A stretch of 64,000 nucleotides of DNA from Desulfobacter sp. (GTDB taxonomy: Bacteria > Desulfobacterota > Desulfobacteria > Desulfobacterales > Desulfobacteraceae): the NCBI GenBank assembly GCA_028768545.1, contig CP054838.1:632727-696726 (forward strand), given 5' to 3'. Position 1 is the stretch's first letter. Each line of letters opens with the position of its first letter. The notes beneath the pieces are model-generated. The model was not told the origin of the DNA. It saw only the letters and a program-made list of their open reading frames with translations, and searched no databases. A program made the translations under genes and the position numbers. Of this stretch, positions 9,317-20,564 are shown in pieces.

Positions 9317-9995
9317 TGATATCCCGCTGGACCTTTTCATATTCCTCGTCTTCCACGCAGCCGTCAGGGAAGCGGCTTTTCAGGTTCACATAGATGAAGA
9401 GCAGGCGCTGGGGCAGGGCCTTGGACTCTTTGAAAATCGGTTTCCGGGTCCAGGTGATGCCTTCGGTTTCTTTCATGGCCTCGGGCATGAAATCAAAGTC
9501 GTCGGGCAGATCATTGGGATCCGCCGTGGTCAGGGTGGTGAGTCCGGCTTCGGTCAGGGCATCATAGGGGTCAAAGTGGGAGCCGTCAGGCACGGAGCCG
9601 TGGTCGGCGGCCACAATGGTGAAGACGTCGTCCCCAAGAACATCCATGATGGTCCCCAGGGTCTGGTCAGCTCCCATGTAAACGGCCTTGTGGAGTTCCT
9701 TGGCTTCTTCGTGGCGTTCCGGGCTGTCTGCCAGTTCCGGATCCAGCTGGGTGATCAGGTAATGGTAGATAAAGTCCGTGGGATGGGTGTGTAGATAGAA
9801 CACATCCCATTCATTTTCCATAAGCAGGGTCACGGCGGCATGGTTCAGCCATTTGTTGTGCATCTCGATGAGTTCTTTGAACATGGGTTCGTCAAACCAT
9901 TCCATGGATCTATGCTGGAATCCGCCCATGATCGTGGGGGTGGATTCCACTTCCATGAGCTTGGCAGCCTTTTCAGGAGGATGGCACCAGAGTTC
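9317..9995 (-). pseudogene. Internal fragment of an alkaline-phosphatase-superfamily (type I phosphodiesterase-like) gene
   Basis: WDVFYLHTHPTDFIYH, ADQTLG, VAADHG and FIYVNLKSR motifs; both ends missing. Confidence 0.7.
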
Positions 9996-10248
9996 CATTA
10001 AGGAAAAATTCCCGGAGGTCCACATTACCGGCGGACTGTCCAATATCTCCTACGGCCTTCCCCAGCGCCATATCATCAACCGGACCTTTGTGACGCTGAT
10101 GATGGCTGCGGGCATGGATTCAGCCATTATTGATCCGCTGGACAAAAAGATTATGGCCACAATTCGTACCGCAGACATGCTTTTGGGTCATGACCAATTT
10201 TGTATGGAATACCTCAAGGGCGTTCGTTCTGGTGCTATTGAAAGTTAA
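9996..10248 (+). pseudogene. C-terminal fragment of a pterin-binding methyltetrahydrofolate:corrinoid methyltransferase (AcsE-like)
   Basis: IKEKFPEVHITGGLSNISYGLP...INRTF...AAGMDSAIIDP. The 5' part is replaced by antisense phosphodiesterase sequence. Confidence 0.8.
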
Positions 10249-10267
10249 AAAATTACCCCTGTTAGAT

Positions 10268-10301
10268 CCCCCTGCTTCTAATCCTTGAGGCAGGGGTTTT
10301 T
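10268..10301 (+). terminator. Intrinsic terminator
   Basis: CCCCTGCTTC / GAGGCAGGGG stem followed by TTTTT. Confidence 0.55.
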
Positions 10302-10435
10302 GAACCCTATCGGAAATTGAATTTACCCCCCACAATCGGGCGACGATTTGTTATTTTTGATCCAATTTTCAGGCCATAACATATGCAGGGATAGTGGACG
10401 GGACTATAATCAACCGTATTGGAGATTCAACCCTC

Positions 10436-11479
10436 TTATTCGGGGTGACAGAGTTCGTCCCGGATAAAGGCGTTCATCTCATTAAAATTGATTTTGTCCA
10501 CCCGGGCCTTTCCCAAGGCCTGGAGAAAGACAAAAAAGAGGTCTTCCCCCTGCTTTTTTTTGTCCCTTGAGGCGGCCTGGATAATTTTTTGACTTGAAAA
10601 CGAGTGATTCACCGGGAGTTTCAGGCCCAGGAGCAACTCTTTTATCCGGTCCACCTCCTGGGGAAGGATATAGCCTTTTTGCTGTGAAAATTTGGATGCA
10701 GCCACCATGCCCATGGAAACCGCCCGCCCGTGGCCGGACTGGTCCAGTTTTTCCATGGCATGGCCGATGGTGTGGCCGAAGTTGAGCTTTCGCCGTTCTC
10801 CGGCTTCGTGTTCATCCTTTTGCACCACCCTGGATTTGATATCCACAGAGTCGGCCACCAGGCGGAAAATAACGTCCCGGTCCAGATCCAGGGCCTTTTG
10901 CTGGTTGGCCTCGATAAATTCCAAAAGTTTGATATCTTTTATCAGCCCGTGTTTAACCGCTTCAGCCAGGCCGTTGGAAATTTCAGATTTTGGCAGGGTG
11001 GCCAAAAGGTCAATATCGCAGATCACAAACTCAGGCTGGTTAAACAGCCCCACCATATTTTTAAAGGCATCCAGGTTTACCCCGTTTTTTCCCCCCACAC
11101 TGGCGTCCACCTGGGAGAGTAAAGAGGTGGAGACAAAGCCGAACTTTACCCCGCGCAGGAATATGGATGCGGCAAATCCTGTGATATCGCTGACAATCCC
11201 TCCCCCGATGCCAAGGATAAAGCTTGACCTGTCACAGCCCAGACGAACCAATTCCCTTAAAATGTACTCAATCGTGGCCAGGGTTTTAATTTTTTCTCCG
11301 GTGCCAATGGTGATCACAGGGCCTTTGGGAAATCGGCGGTTGTAAATTCTGAAAATATTTTCATCGGTGATGATTACCGGCGTATTTCCAGAGGGAATAT
11401 ACGCCGGTACCCGGGAGAGGGATTCCCCAACATGGATTCGGGAGAGGCCAAGTCGGCCCTGGACTTTGAATGTTTTCAT
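10436..11479 (-). CDS. aroB: 3-dehydroquinate synthase
   Basis: GIGGGIVSDITGF, QVDASVGGKNG and LNFGHTIGHA motifs. Confidence 0.95.
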   Translation of the reverse strand: MKTFKVQGRLGLSRIHVGESLSRVPAYIPSGNTPVIITDENIFRIYNRRFPKGPVITIGTGEKIKTLATIEYILRELVRLGCDRSSFILGIGGGIVSDITGFAASIFLRGVKFGFVSTSLLSQVDASVGGKNGVNLDAFKNMVGLFNQPEFVICDIDLLATLPKSEISNGLAEAVKHGLIKDIKLLEFIEANQQKALDLDRDVIFRLVADSVDIKSRVVQKDEHEAGERRKLNFGHTIGHAMEKLDQSGHGRAVSMGMVAASKFSQQKGYILPQEVDRIKELLLGLKLPVNHSFSSQKIIQAASRDKKKQGEDLFFVFLQALGKARVDKINFNEMNAFIRDELCHPE

Positions 11480-12489
11480 CAGGCGTCCTTGACGATTTTA
11501 TGGATGGCGTTCATTTTTTCCATGACCTGGGCAAACTGGTCGGGAAACAGGGACTGGGCACCGTCGCTCAGGGCTTCTGCCGGGTTGTTGTGAACCTCTA
11601 TCATTGCTCCGTCCGCGCCCAGAGCCGCAGAGGCATATGCCAGGGGCACCACCTGGTCCCTTACTCCTGCGGCATGGCTGGGGTCGACAATAATGGGCAA
11701 ATGGCTTTCTTTTTTGGCTGCAGGCACCACGGAAAGGTCTAGGGTGTTTCTGGAGTGGCGGACAAATGTTCTGACGCCTCGTTCGCAGAGGATTACATTG
11801 GTGTTTCCCTCTTCCATGATGTATTCGGCGGCCATGAGCCATTCTTGCAGCATGGCGGACATGCCCCGTTTCAGAATCACGGGTCGCTTGGATCTTCCGG
11901 CACGTCTGAGCAGGGAAAAGTTCTGCATGTTTCGGGTGCCGATCTGAACCACATCTGCATAGGCTTCCACAAGGTCGAAGTTTTCAACATCCATCACCTC
12001 TGTGACCACGGGCAGGCCGGTTTCCTTCCTGACTTTTGCCAGAAGTTTTAACCCCTCTTCCCCAAGGCCCTGGAATGAGTAGGGGGAGGTTCTGGGCTTG
12101 AATGCCCCGCCCCTGAATAATAGTGCGCCTGCCTGTTTAACGGAAAGGGCAATGGACAATACCTGGTTTTCAGTTTCAACGGCACAGGGACCGGCAATTA
12201 TAGGAAAACTGCCGTCTCCGAAAACGGCATCCCCAACCTTTACATGGGTGTTCTCCTGCTGGAACTCCCGGCTGACAAGTTTATAGGATTTTGTCACCGG
12301 AATGACCTCCTTTACACCGTTAAGCCCAAGGAAATGGGCAGCATCCACAGAGCCTTTGTTGTGAAGGACACCAATGGATACCCTGTCTCCTCCTGGTATG
12401 GGCCGGGCTTCGTAACCTCTTTTTTCAACGGCTTTAACAACAGCCTGAATTTGTGAGTCTGTTGAGCCTTTTTCCATTACAATTAACAT
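11479..12489 (-). CDS. aroF: DAHP synthase type I-beta with N-terminal regulatory domain
   Basis: IAGPCAVE, RGGAFKPRTSPYSFQG, QIGTRNMQNF, LCERG and DPSH motifs. Confidence 0.95.
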   Translation of the reverse strand: MLIVMEKGSTDSQIQAVVKAVEKRGYEARPIPGGDRVSIGVLHNKGSVDAAHFLGLNGVKEVIPVTKSYKLVSREFQQENTHVKVGDAVFGDGSFPIIAGPCAVETENQVLSIALSVKQAGALLFRGGAFKPRTSPYSFQGLGEEGLKLLAKVRKETGLPVVTEVMDVENFDLVEAYADVVQIGTRNMQNFSLLRRAGRSKRPVILKRGMSAMLQEWLMAAEYIMEEGNTNVILCERGVRTFVRHSRNTLDLSVVPAAKKESHLPIIVDPSHAAGVRDQVVPLAYASAALGADGAMIEVHNNPAEALSDGAQSLFPDQFAQVMEKMNAIHKIVKDA

Positions 12490-12536
12490 GTTTTTCCTCC
12501 GATTGGGTTTTATCAGTATTCATGGGTTTGGGCAAT

Positions 12537-12565
12537 AAAAAAGGCTGCAGCACCTGCTGCAGCCT
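12537..12565 (-). terminator. Attenuator terminator upstream of aroF
   Basis: AGGCTGCAGC-AGGT-GCTGCAGCCT perfect stem followed by a T run, about 50 nt before the aroF start. Confidence 0.8.
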
Positions 12566-12599
12566 GTATCCGTTTTTTCGGGATGATCTCAAACCCAGG

Positions 12600-12698
12600 T
12601 CACAGGTGCAGGCAAAGGCCTTGCCACCGGCACCAGAACACCTCTCCTTTAAGGGAGATATTAAAAAACGAGTTTGTTTCTGTATATAAGAACAACAT
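12600..12698 (-). CDS. Putative aromatic-amino-acid leader peptide (32 aa)
   Basis: MLFLYTETNSFFNISLKGEVFWCRWQGLCLHL*. Contains 4 Phe, 2 Trp and 1 Tyr and precedes alternative hairpins. TTGACA upstream. Confidence 0.65.
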   Translation of the reverse strand: MLFLYTETNSFFNISLKGEVFWCRWQGLCLHL

Positions 12699-12810
12699 AA
12701 TGTCCCTTTTACAAGGAGTTTCTGGTACTTGTCAAGGAAAATTCAAAATTTATATTTGATTTTCGTCTGTCTTCAAGATAGACTCTGACAAAATTTACAA
12801 ATAGGAGCCT

Positions 12811-13461
12811 ATGTCGTTAAAAGTCATTATAGCAGATGATCATGCCATTATCCGGGAGGGCCTTAAAAGCCTGCTGGAAAAAAAAGGAATCATGGTCATG
12901 GATATTGCCAAAAACGGAAGGGAGGCCGTTGAAAAGGCCATTGCCCTCAAGCCGGATATTATGATGATGGATATCTCCATGCCTGATTTGAACGGGATGG
13001 AGGCCACTGCCAGAATCCGCCAGGAGGTTCCCCATACCCGGGTGATTGCCCTTTCCATGCATTCGAGCAAAAGCATCATTGACAAGATGTTTGCCTCGGG
13101 TGCCTCGGGCTATATTTTAAAGGCCTCTGCCTTTGAGGAAATTTATGATGCCATCCAGGAGGTCATCCAGGGCCAGTTTTACCTGACCCCGTCCATTGCC
13201 CGGATGTATGTGGATGAGCATGGCCAGAAATGCCGCGACGGGCAGGCGCTTCCTAAGTTTAACAAAATATCAAAAAAAGAGCGGGAAATTCTTCAATTGG
13301 TGGCTGAAGGTAAAAAAACGAGGGATATTGCCCAAAAGCTTGGGGTAAGCGTAAAAACGGTTGAAACCCATAGGCGAAACATAATGAAAAAACTCAATAT
13401 TTTTTCAGTGGCCGGTTTGACCAAGTTTGCCATCCAGGAAGGGATTATATCTCTGGAATAA
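12811..13461 (+). CDS. NarL/LuxR-family response regulator
   Basis: REC domain (IADDH, MDISMP) and LuxR HTH (SVKTVETHRRNIMKKL). Confidence 0.95.
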   Translation: MSLKVIIADDHAIIREGLKSLLEKKGIMVMDIAKNGREAVEKAIALKPDIMMMDISMPDLNGMEATARIRQEVPHTRVIALSMHSSKSIIDKMFASGASGYILKASAFEEIYDAIQEVIQGQFYLTPSIARMYVDEHGQKCRDGQALPKFNKISKKEREILQLVAEGKKTRDIAQKLGVSVKTVETHRRNIMKKLNIFSVAGLTKFAIQEGIISLE

Positions 13462-13487
13462 ATGTTGTAAAAACCCAGGCAGGATAA

Positions 13488-14633
13488 ATGGAATATATTA
13501 AAGTCAAGGATGAGTCGAGCGATGCCGTAGAGGCTTTGGCAAATGGAATTGCCCATGACGTAAACAATCTGCTGGCGGCCATCAAGGGGCATGCCTCCCT
13601 GATGATGAGCAGTGTGAATTCTTCAGATCCATTGTACGGGCATATCACGGAAATACTGTCATGTATTGACAAAGGGTCTGAAATTGCAAATCAGCTGTTG
13701 GGGTTTGCCCAGGTGGATGCCTTTTACAGTACAAGTATTGATGCCAACCGCCTGGTCCGTTCTGCCGTGGAAAATCTGGATCTTAAAGGCAAACGGATTA
13801 TCCTTGATGTGGATTTGGCGGCCACCCCCCTGGTCATCAACGGAGATTCCGACAAGATTCATCAGGTGGTTTCAACCATTGTGGAAAATGCGCTCCAGGC
13901 CATGCCCAATGGGGGCAAATTATCCGTGCTCACGGAGTCCGCAGCCATTATGAATGGAACGGCAGAGGCCTATGGGCTGGAAACCGGGTTTTTCTGCAAG
14001 ATTACCATCACAGACACAGGGGTCGGCATGGACAATGCCACCCTGGGCAAAATTTTTAAACCCTTTTATTCTGCAAACCATAAAGAGTTTCCGGACAGAA
14101 AGGGCCTGGGCCTGACCTTTGCAAAAAAGATTGTCCAAAACCATAGCGGGGTGATTGACGTCTGGAGTTCTTCCAATGTGGGCTCTTCCTTTTCCATTAT
14201 TCTGCCCCTGGCCGAACCCGTTGAAAACCAAAACCTGCCTTCGGCCCAGGAAAAACTGGTGCTGGGCAATGAATCCATTCTTCTGGTGGATGATGAACAG
14301 CGGATCCTCACCGTTGGCAGAGAAATTTGTAAGGCCTTGGGTTACAAGGTGATCACGACAGATTCAGGGAAAGAAGCCTTAAAAATCTATGCTGAAAAAC
14401 AAGATCATATCAATATTGTTGTCCTGGATATGATCATGCCCGAGATGAACGGGCTTGAGACCTTTATTGCCTTGAAAAAAATGAATCCCGATATTAAGGT
14501 GCTCTTGTCCACAGGCTATGCCATTGATCAAAAGGCACAGGAAATGTTGCGCCAGGGGTGCAAAGGGTATATTCTCAAACCCTATTCCGTGATTGATTTT
14601 TCACATAAAATCAGGGAGATACTTGAATTATAG
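13488..14633 (+). CDS. Hybrid histidine kinase (HisKA-HATPase-REC) without an input domain
   Basis: GIAHDVNNLL H-box only about 20 aa after the start; DTGVGM and GLGL boxes; REC with LDMIMP. Confidence 0.9.
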   Translation: MEYIKVKDESSDAVEALANGIAHDVNNLLAAIKGHASLMMSSVNSSDPLYGHITEILSCIDKGSEIANQLLGFAQVDAFYSTSIDANRLVRSAVENLDLKGKRIILDVDLAATPLVINGDSDKIHQVVSTIVENALQAMPNGGKLSVLTESAAIMNGTAEAYGLETGFFCKITITDTGVGMDNATLGKIFKPFYSANHKEFPDRKGLGLTFAKKIVQNHSGVIDVWSSSNVGSSFSIILPLAEPVENQNLPSAQEKLVLGNESILLVDDEQRILTVGREICKALGYKVITTDSGKEALKIYAEKQDHINIVVLDMIMPEMNGLETFIALKKMNPDIKVLLSTGYAIDQKAQEMLRQGCKGYILKPYSVIDFSHKIREILEL

Positions 14634-14759
14634 TTCCGGTGTTACCCCGGGCATTTTCCCTCTGTCAGGGCCAGGGAAAGGATCATGTCTTGACACGGTT
14701 TTATTGATTTCCTATAGTCCCTTGAATCGCTTAACAATTGAATATTTTTATGGAACTCA

Positions 14760-15455
14760 ATGATAAATTTTGACAATGCCGCACCTGTAAAGCTCAAGGG
14801 GGCAGGCGGGGGATTTTGGATTACCCTTGACCCTTCCCATCCGGAATCTGTTCTGATTGCTGAAATTGATAAACTGATCCGGAAATTGAAACACCTGGCA
14901 GTCAATGCCGACATCACCCTTGATGTGGGGGATGCCAGAGGACAGGAAGATCTTATTTTAAAGGTAAAATCCCACCTGGAGACAACCTTTGACCTGGGCA
15001 GGATTTCAACCTCTCCCCAAAAAAGATCCATTCCCACCGAACGAATCCGCCAGCGGGACCTGTCCAAGGGATGGAACCACCATAAGAGCGATGTCCTCAT
15101 GCTCCGGGGCCGGGTTCGTTCAGGCCAGAAAATACATGCAAAAAAGCATTTGGTGATTACAGGGGATGTAAATCCCGGGGCAGAGCTCCTTGCCGGCGGG
15201 GACGTCATTGTTTTGGGCCGCCTTTCAGGGAAAGTCCATGCAGGATATCCGGACCGGGAAGATGCCATTGTGTTTTCCCTGGCCTTCGATCCCAGCTATG
15301 TCAAAATCGGCCAAATTGCAGCCGCAGGCAGTGAGGATGACGACGGGCAGGAGACAAGGCCTGAATTTGCCGCTGTGGAAAACAGAGCTATTGTTGTCAA
15401 AGACTATATGAAGGCAAGCCCGTTCCGACGGCTGCCCTGGCCCGAAGCCATTTAA
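14760..15455 (+). CDS. minC: Septum site-determining protein MinC
   Basis: VRSGQ...GDVNPGAELLAGGDVIVLGRLSGKVHAG motif. Confidence 0.9.
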   Translation: MINFDNAAPVKLKGAGGGFWITLDPSHPESVLIAEIDKLIRKLKHLAVNADITLDVGDARGQEDLILKVKSHLETTFDLGRISTSPQKRSIPTERIRQRDLSKGWNHHKSDVLMLRGRVRSGQKIHAKKHLVITGDVNPGAELLAGGDVIVLGRLSGKVHAGYPDREDAIVFSLAFDPSYVKIGQIAAAGSEDDDGQETRPEFAAVENRAIVVKDYMKASPFRRLPWPEAI

Positions 15456-15494
15456 TTGGTATTGTAAATATATTAACATGAATTGAGGTGTGAA

Positions 15495-16292
15495 TTGGAA
15501 GGAAAAATCATTGTCGTAACATCAGGAAAGGGAGGTGTTGGAAAAACAACAGCAACCTCGTCCATTGGTGCGGCCCTGGCCCTTGAAGGCAATAGGGTGG
15601 CCATTGTTGACATGGATATCGGCCTGAGAAATCTTGATGTGGTCATGGGGTTGGAAAACCGGATTGTCTTTAATATTGTGGATGTGGTTCAGGGCCGGTG
15701 CAAAATTGACCAGGCCGCCATCCGGGACAGGCGGATTGATAACCTTTTTCTGATTCCTGCCTCCCAGAGTGACAACAAAGATGTGCTGACCACTGCCGGA
15801 GTTGAGCGGGTGACCAAGAAGCTGAAAAAGAAGTTTGATTATGTGATCATGGATTCTCCTGCCGGCATAGAACAAGGATTTCAAAACTCCATTGTCGGGG
15901 CCACTGAGGCCCTGGTGGTCTGTACTCCGGATGTTTCGGCCATCAGGGATGCCGACCGGGTCATCGGCCTGCTCTATTCAAGATCCCTGGAACCCAAGCT
16001 TATTGTCAATCGTATTGAACCCTCCCGGGTGGCCCGGGGGGAAATGCTCAGCCACGAAGATGTCATGGAAGTTTTGTCCATTGAACTGGCAGGGCTTGTG
16101 CCCATGGATGACAAGGTGTTGATTTCCTCTAACACGGGCACCCCTCTGGTGCTTCAGAATGATTCCGGGGCTGGCCAGGCATTCCGTCGAATCGCCAAGC
16201 GGCTTAACGGAGAAAAAGATCTGCCCATTGAAATGCCTTCCCACAAAACCAGCATGTGGACCAAAATCAGCAAAACTTTTGGGTTAAAATAA
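15495..16292 (+). CDS. minD: Septum site-determining ATPase MinD
   Basis: SGKGGVGKTT, DMDIGLRNLD and DSPAGIE motifs. Start set at TTG 15495 after GAGGTG (ORF track starts at 15483). Confidence 0.95.
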   Translation: MEGKIIVVTSGKGGVGKTTATSSIGAALALEGNRVAIVDMDIGLRNLDVVMGLENRIVFNIVDVVQGRCKIDQAAIRDRRIDNLFLIPASQSDNKDVLTTAGVERVTKKLKKKFDYVIMDSPAGIEQGFQNSIVGATEALVVCTPDVSAIRDADRVIGLLYSRSLEPKLIVNRIEPSRVARGEMLSHEDVMEVLSIELAGLVPMDDKVLISSNTGTPLVLQNDSGAGQAFRRIAKRLNGEKDLPIEMPSHKTSMWTKISKTFGLK

Positions 16293-16302
16293 GGAGAGTC
16301 GA

Positions 16303-16569
16303 ATGCTAAAAGGATTGTTGAGACGGTTTACCGGACAAAAAAACTCAAAAGATGAGGCCAAAAAAAGGCTTCAGTTTTCCTTGATCTACGATAAATTAGA
16401 GGTCAATGACACCACTTTGACCAACCTTCAAAGTGATATTGTGAATGTTATCTCAAAATATTTTGAAATTGATAAAGATGCCCTGGAACTAAAAGTCAGG
16501 CGGGATGATGATGTCTCTGCCCTGGTTTTTAACACCCCCATCCTTCATGTGAAGCGCAAAGGTGCATAA
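16303..16569 (+). CDS. minE: Cell division topological specificity factor MinE
   Basis: SKDEAKKRLQ...DIVNVISKY...NTPI; follows minD. Confidence 0.92.
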   Translation: MLKGLLRRFTGQKNSKDEAKKRLQFSLIYDKLEVNDTTLTNLQSDIVNVISKYFEIDKDALELKVRRDDDVSALVFNTPILHVKRKGA

Positions 16570-16614
16570 ACCCAACTAGAAAAAGAGCTTGTTCTTTTAT
16601 GATTATCTCAAGTG

Positions 16615-16638
16615 CCCGGATCCTTGGATCCGGGTTTT
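16615..16638 (+). terminator. Intrinsic terminator of the min operon
   Basis: CCCGGATCC-TT-GGATCCGGG followed by TTTT. Confidence 0.6.
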
Positions 16639-16690
16639 GTATTTTTTGCTCTGTCTTGAGAAATACAAAAAAGATGACCGTACCTGGGGC

Positions 16691-17140
16691 TTAATATCCC
16701 CTGGCAGATAAGAATTTATGGATGGCGTTGGCAAAGTTCTGGCAGTCCTTTGGACCCATGGGTGTCGGACCTGAGGTCTCTATTCCGCTTGAACGAAGAT
16801 TTTGTTTAATTTCCCTGACATAGAGACAGGACTTGATGGTCTCCTGGGTGTAAAATTTGCCCCTGGGATTCAAGGCCTGACCGTTTTTGGCAAGGACATC
16901 TGCTGCCAGGGGGATATCGCTGGTGATGACCAGGTCGGAAGGGGTCATCAATTTTAAAAATTCATTGTCCGCAATATCAAATCCTGCCCCCACAACAAGG
17001 GTGTTGATGAACGGGGAGCGCGGAGCCTTTAACGGCTGGTTGGCCACCAGGGTGACCTGGATTTTTGTCCGCTGTGCTGTCCTGTACAGCAGGTCTTTAA
17101 TTTTTACAGGACATGCATCTGCGTCTTCCCATATTTTCAT
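16691..17140 (-). CDS. YaiI/YqxD (DUF188) family protein
   Basis: DADACPVK, VTLVAN, DLVITSDIPLA and NPRG motifs. Confidence 0.9.
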   Translation of the reverse strand: MKIWEDADACPVKIKDLLYRTAQRTKIQVTLVANQPLKAPRSPFINTLVVGAGFDIADNEFLKLMTPSDLVITSDIPLAADVLAKNGQALNPRGKFYTQETIKSCLYVREIKQNLRSSGIETSGPTPMGPKDCQNFANAIHKFLSARGY

Positions 17141-17154
17141 CGGCTGCCTCTAAT

Positions 17155-17190
17155 AAAAAAAACGCGCCCGGCAAAGGGGCCGGGCGCGTT
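17155..17190 (-). terminator. Intrinsic terminator after aspS
   Basis: 12-bp stem AACGCGCCCGGC / GCCGGGCGCGTT followed by a T run on the minus strand. Confidence 0.8.
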
Positions 17191-17213
17191 GAATTCCTAT
17201 TGTTCCGGGATCT

Positions 17214-19001
<1,788 letters not shown>

Positions 19002-19003
19002 GT

Positions 19004-20296
19004 TTATTTCCTCGATCCATTATTGGTTTTTATTCCGTTATTTTTGTTGCAAATCTTTATCAGGTCCGGCACCAGGGTTTCCATGGAAATGGGGGTCTGT
19101 TCCTTGGTCTCCATATTTCTTAAAACCGCGGTTTGTTCCGCCAGTTCATTGTCTCCGACAATGAGAACAAAGGAGGTCTTGAGCTTGTTAGCCCGCTTCA
19201 TCAGGGCTTTCATGCTTTTTTTCCTGAAATCCGTATCTGTTTTCATGCCCTGGCGGTTCAGGTCACAGGACCAGTGAAAGCTTTTTTCAATGGCAGCCTC
19301 TCCCAGGGGAAGAATAAAGAGGTCCAGCCCGGTGTCTTCGGGCTGAATTTTGAGCTGTTCCATGACTTCCACCAGTCGGTCAAATCCTATGGCAAAGCCG
19401 ATGGCCGGGGTGGCAGGACCGCCCAGTTCCTCGACGAGCCGGTCATACCGGCCCCCGCCTGCAACGGCGGACTGGGCCCCCAGGGCATTGGTCTGGATTT
19501 CCCAGGCGGTCCGGGTATAATAGTCCAGGCCCCTGACCAGGGTTTTGTCCACCTGAAATTCAACCCCTTGGGTTTCCAGGGCTGATCTTACCTTTGTAAA
19601 ATGATCCTCGCATTCAGGGCAGAGATGGTCCACTGTTGCCGGTGCTCCATTCAGTGCCTCTCTGCAGGTTTCCACCTTGCAGTCCAGAATCCGTAGTGGA
19701 TTTTTTTCCATCCGCCGTTTGCAGTTGTCGCAGAGGGCTTCTTTGTTTTCGCCGAGAAAATCCATGAGCGCCTGTTGAAATTTGGGCCTGCAATCCGGGC
19801 AGCCCAGGCTGTTTATATGGGCGGAAAGTCCTGTGAGTCCCAGGCGCTGGAACAAGGTGTTGAGCAGAAGGATAAGCTCACTGTCAATATAGGGGGATTC
19901 AATGCCGAAGACTTCGGCGTCAATCTGATAAAATTGGCGGTACCTTCCCTTTTGGGGCCGTTCCCGTCTGAACATGGGGCCGGTGAGGTAAAATTTTCTC
20001 ACAGGATCCGTGGCATAGAGTTTATGCTGGATATAGGCTCGGCAAATGGAAGCGGTGGCTTCGGGCCTCAGGGTCAGCTTGTCCCCTTTCCGGTCCTCAA
20101 AGGTGTACATTTCTTTTTCAACGATATCTGTGGCTTCCCCGATGCTTCTGGCAAAGAGCTGTGTCTTTTCCAGAACCGGTATCCGAATTTCTCTATATCC
20201 AAAGGATTCAAACAGGTCGGCTGCCTCTTTTTCAACCCTCTGCCACAGGGAAATATTTTCCGGTAATATATCTCTAAACCCGCGTATGGTCTGCAT
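19004..20296 (-). CDS. hisS: Histidine-tRNA ligase
   Basis: LRPEATAS, FRRERPQKGRYRQF, LVRGLDYY and GGGRYD motifs. Confidence 0.97.
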   Translation of the reverse strand: MQTIRGFRDILPENISLWQRVEKEAADLFESFGYREIRIPVLEKTQLFARSIGEATDIVEKEMYTFEDRKGDKLTLRPEATASICRAYIQHKLYATDPVRKFYLTGPMFRRERPQKGRYRQFYQIDAEVFGIESPYIDSELILLLNTLFQRLGLTGLSAHINSLGCPDCRPKFQQALMDFLGENKEALCDNCKRRMEKNPLRILDCKVETCREALNGAPATVDHLCPECEDHFTKVRSALETQGVEFQVDKTLVRGLDYYTRTAWEIQTNALGAQSAVAGGGRYDRLVEELGGPATPAIGFAIGFDRLVEVMEQLKIQPEDTGLDLFILPLGEAAIEKSFHWSCDLNRQGMKTDTDFRKKSMKALMKRANKLKTSFVLIVGDNELAEQTAVLRNMETKEQTPISMETLVPDLIKICNKNNGIKTNNGSRK

Positions 20297-20564
20297 TCTC
20301 TTTGTCTTTACTCGCTTAAGGTTATGGTCAAAAATTTATACAAACGATATATATAGATTAAAATCAGCGTGTTAGTCAATATCTAATCCTCTGGAGAGGG
20401 GGTAAGCCGTTGATTTTTATTGCATTCTTTTTTTTTAAGAAATTAAGTATATAAAAAAAATTTTTTTTGATAAGATACTATCTTCCGAAAAAATGGCAAA
20501 ATTAATAATGGGTTAAATTATTGAAATGCCACTAAAAAGCAACGTGTTGGACAGGTGATTAATC

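Noticed and set aside
14642-15268. Long antisense or alternative-frame ORFs (also 9300-9794, 10692-11345, 52261-52950, 54861-55592, 56377-57183)
   Set aside because: They shadow well-supported genes on the opposite strand and have no recognisable motifs.
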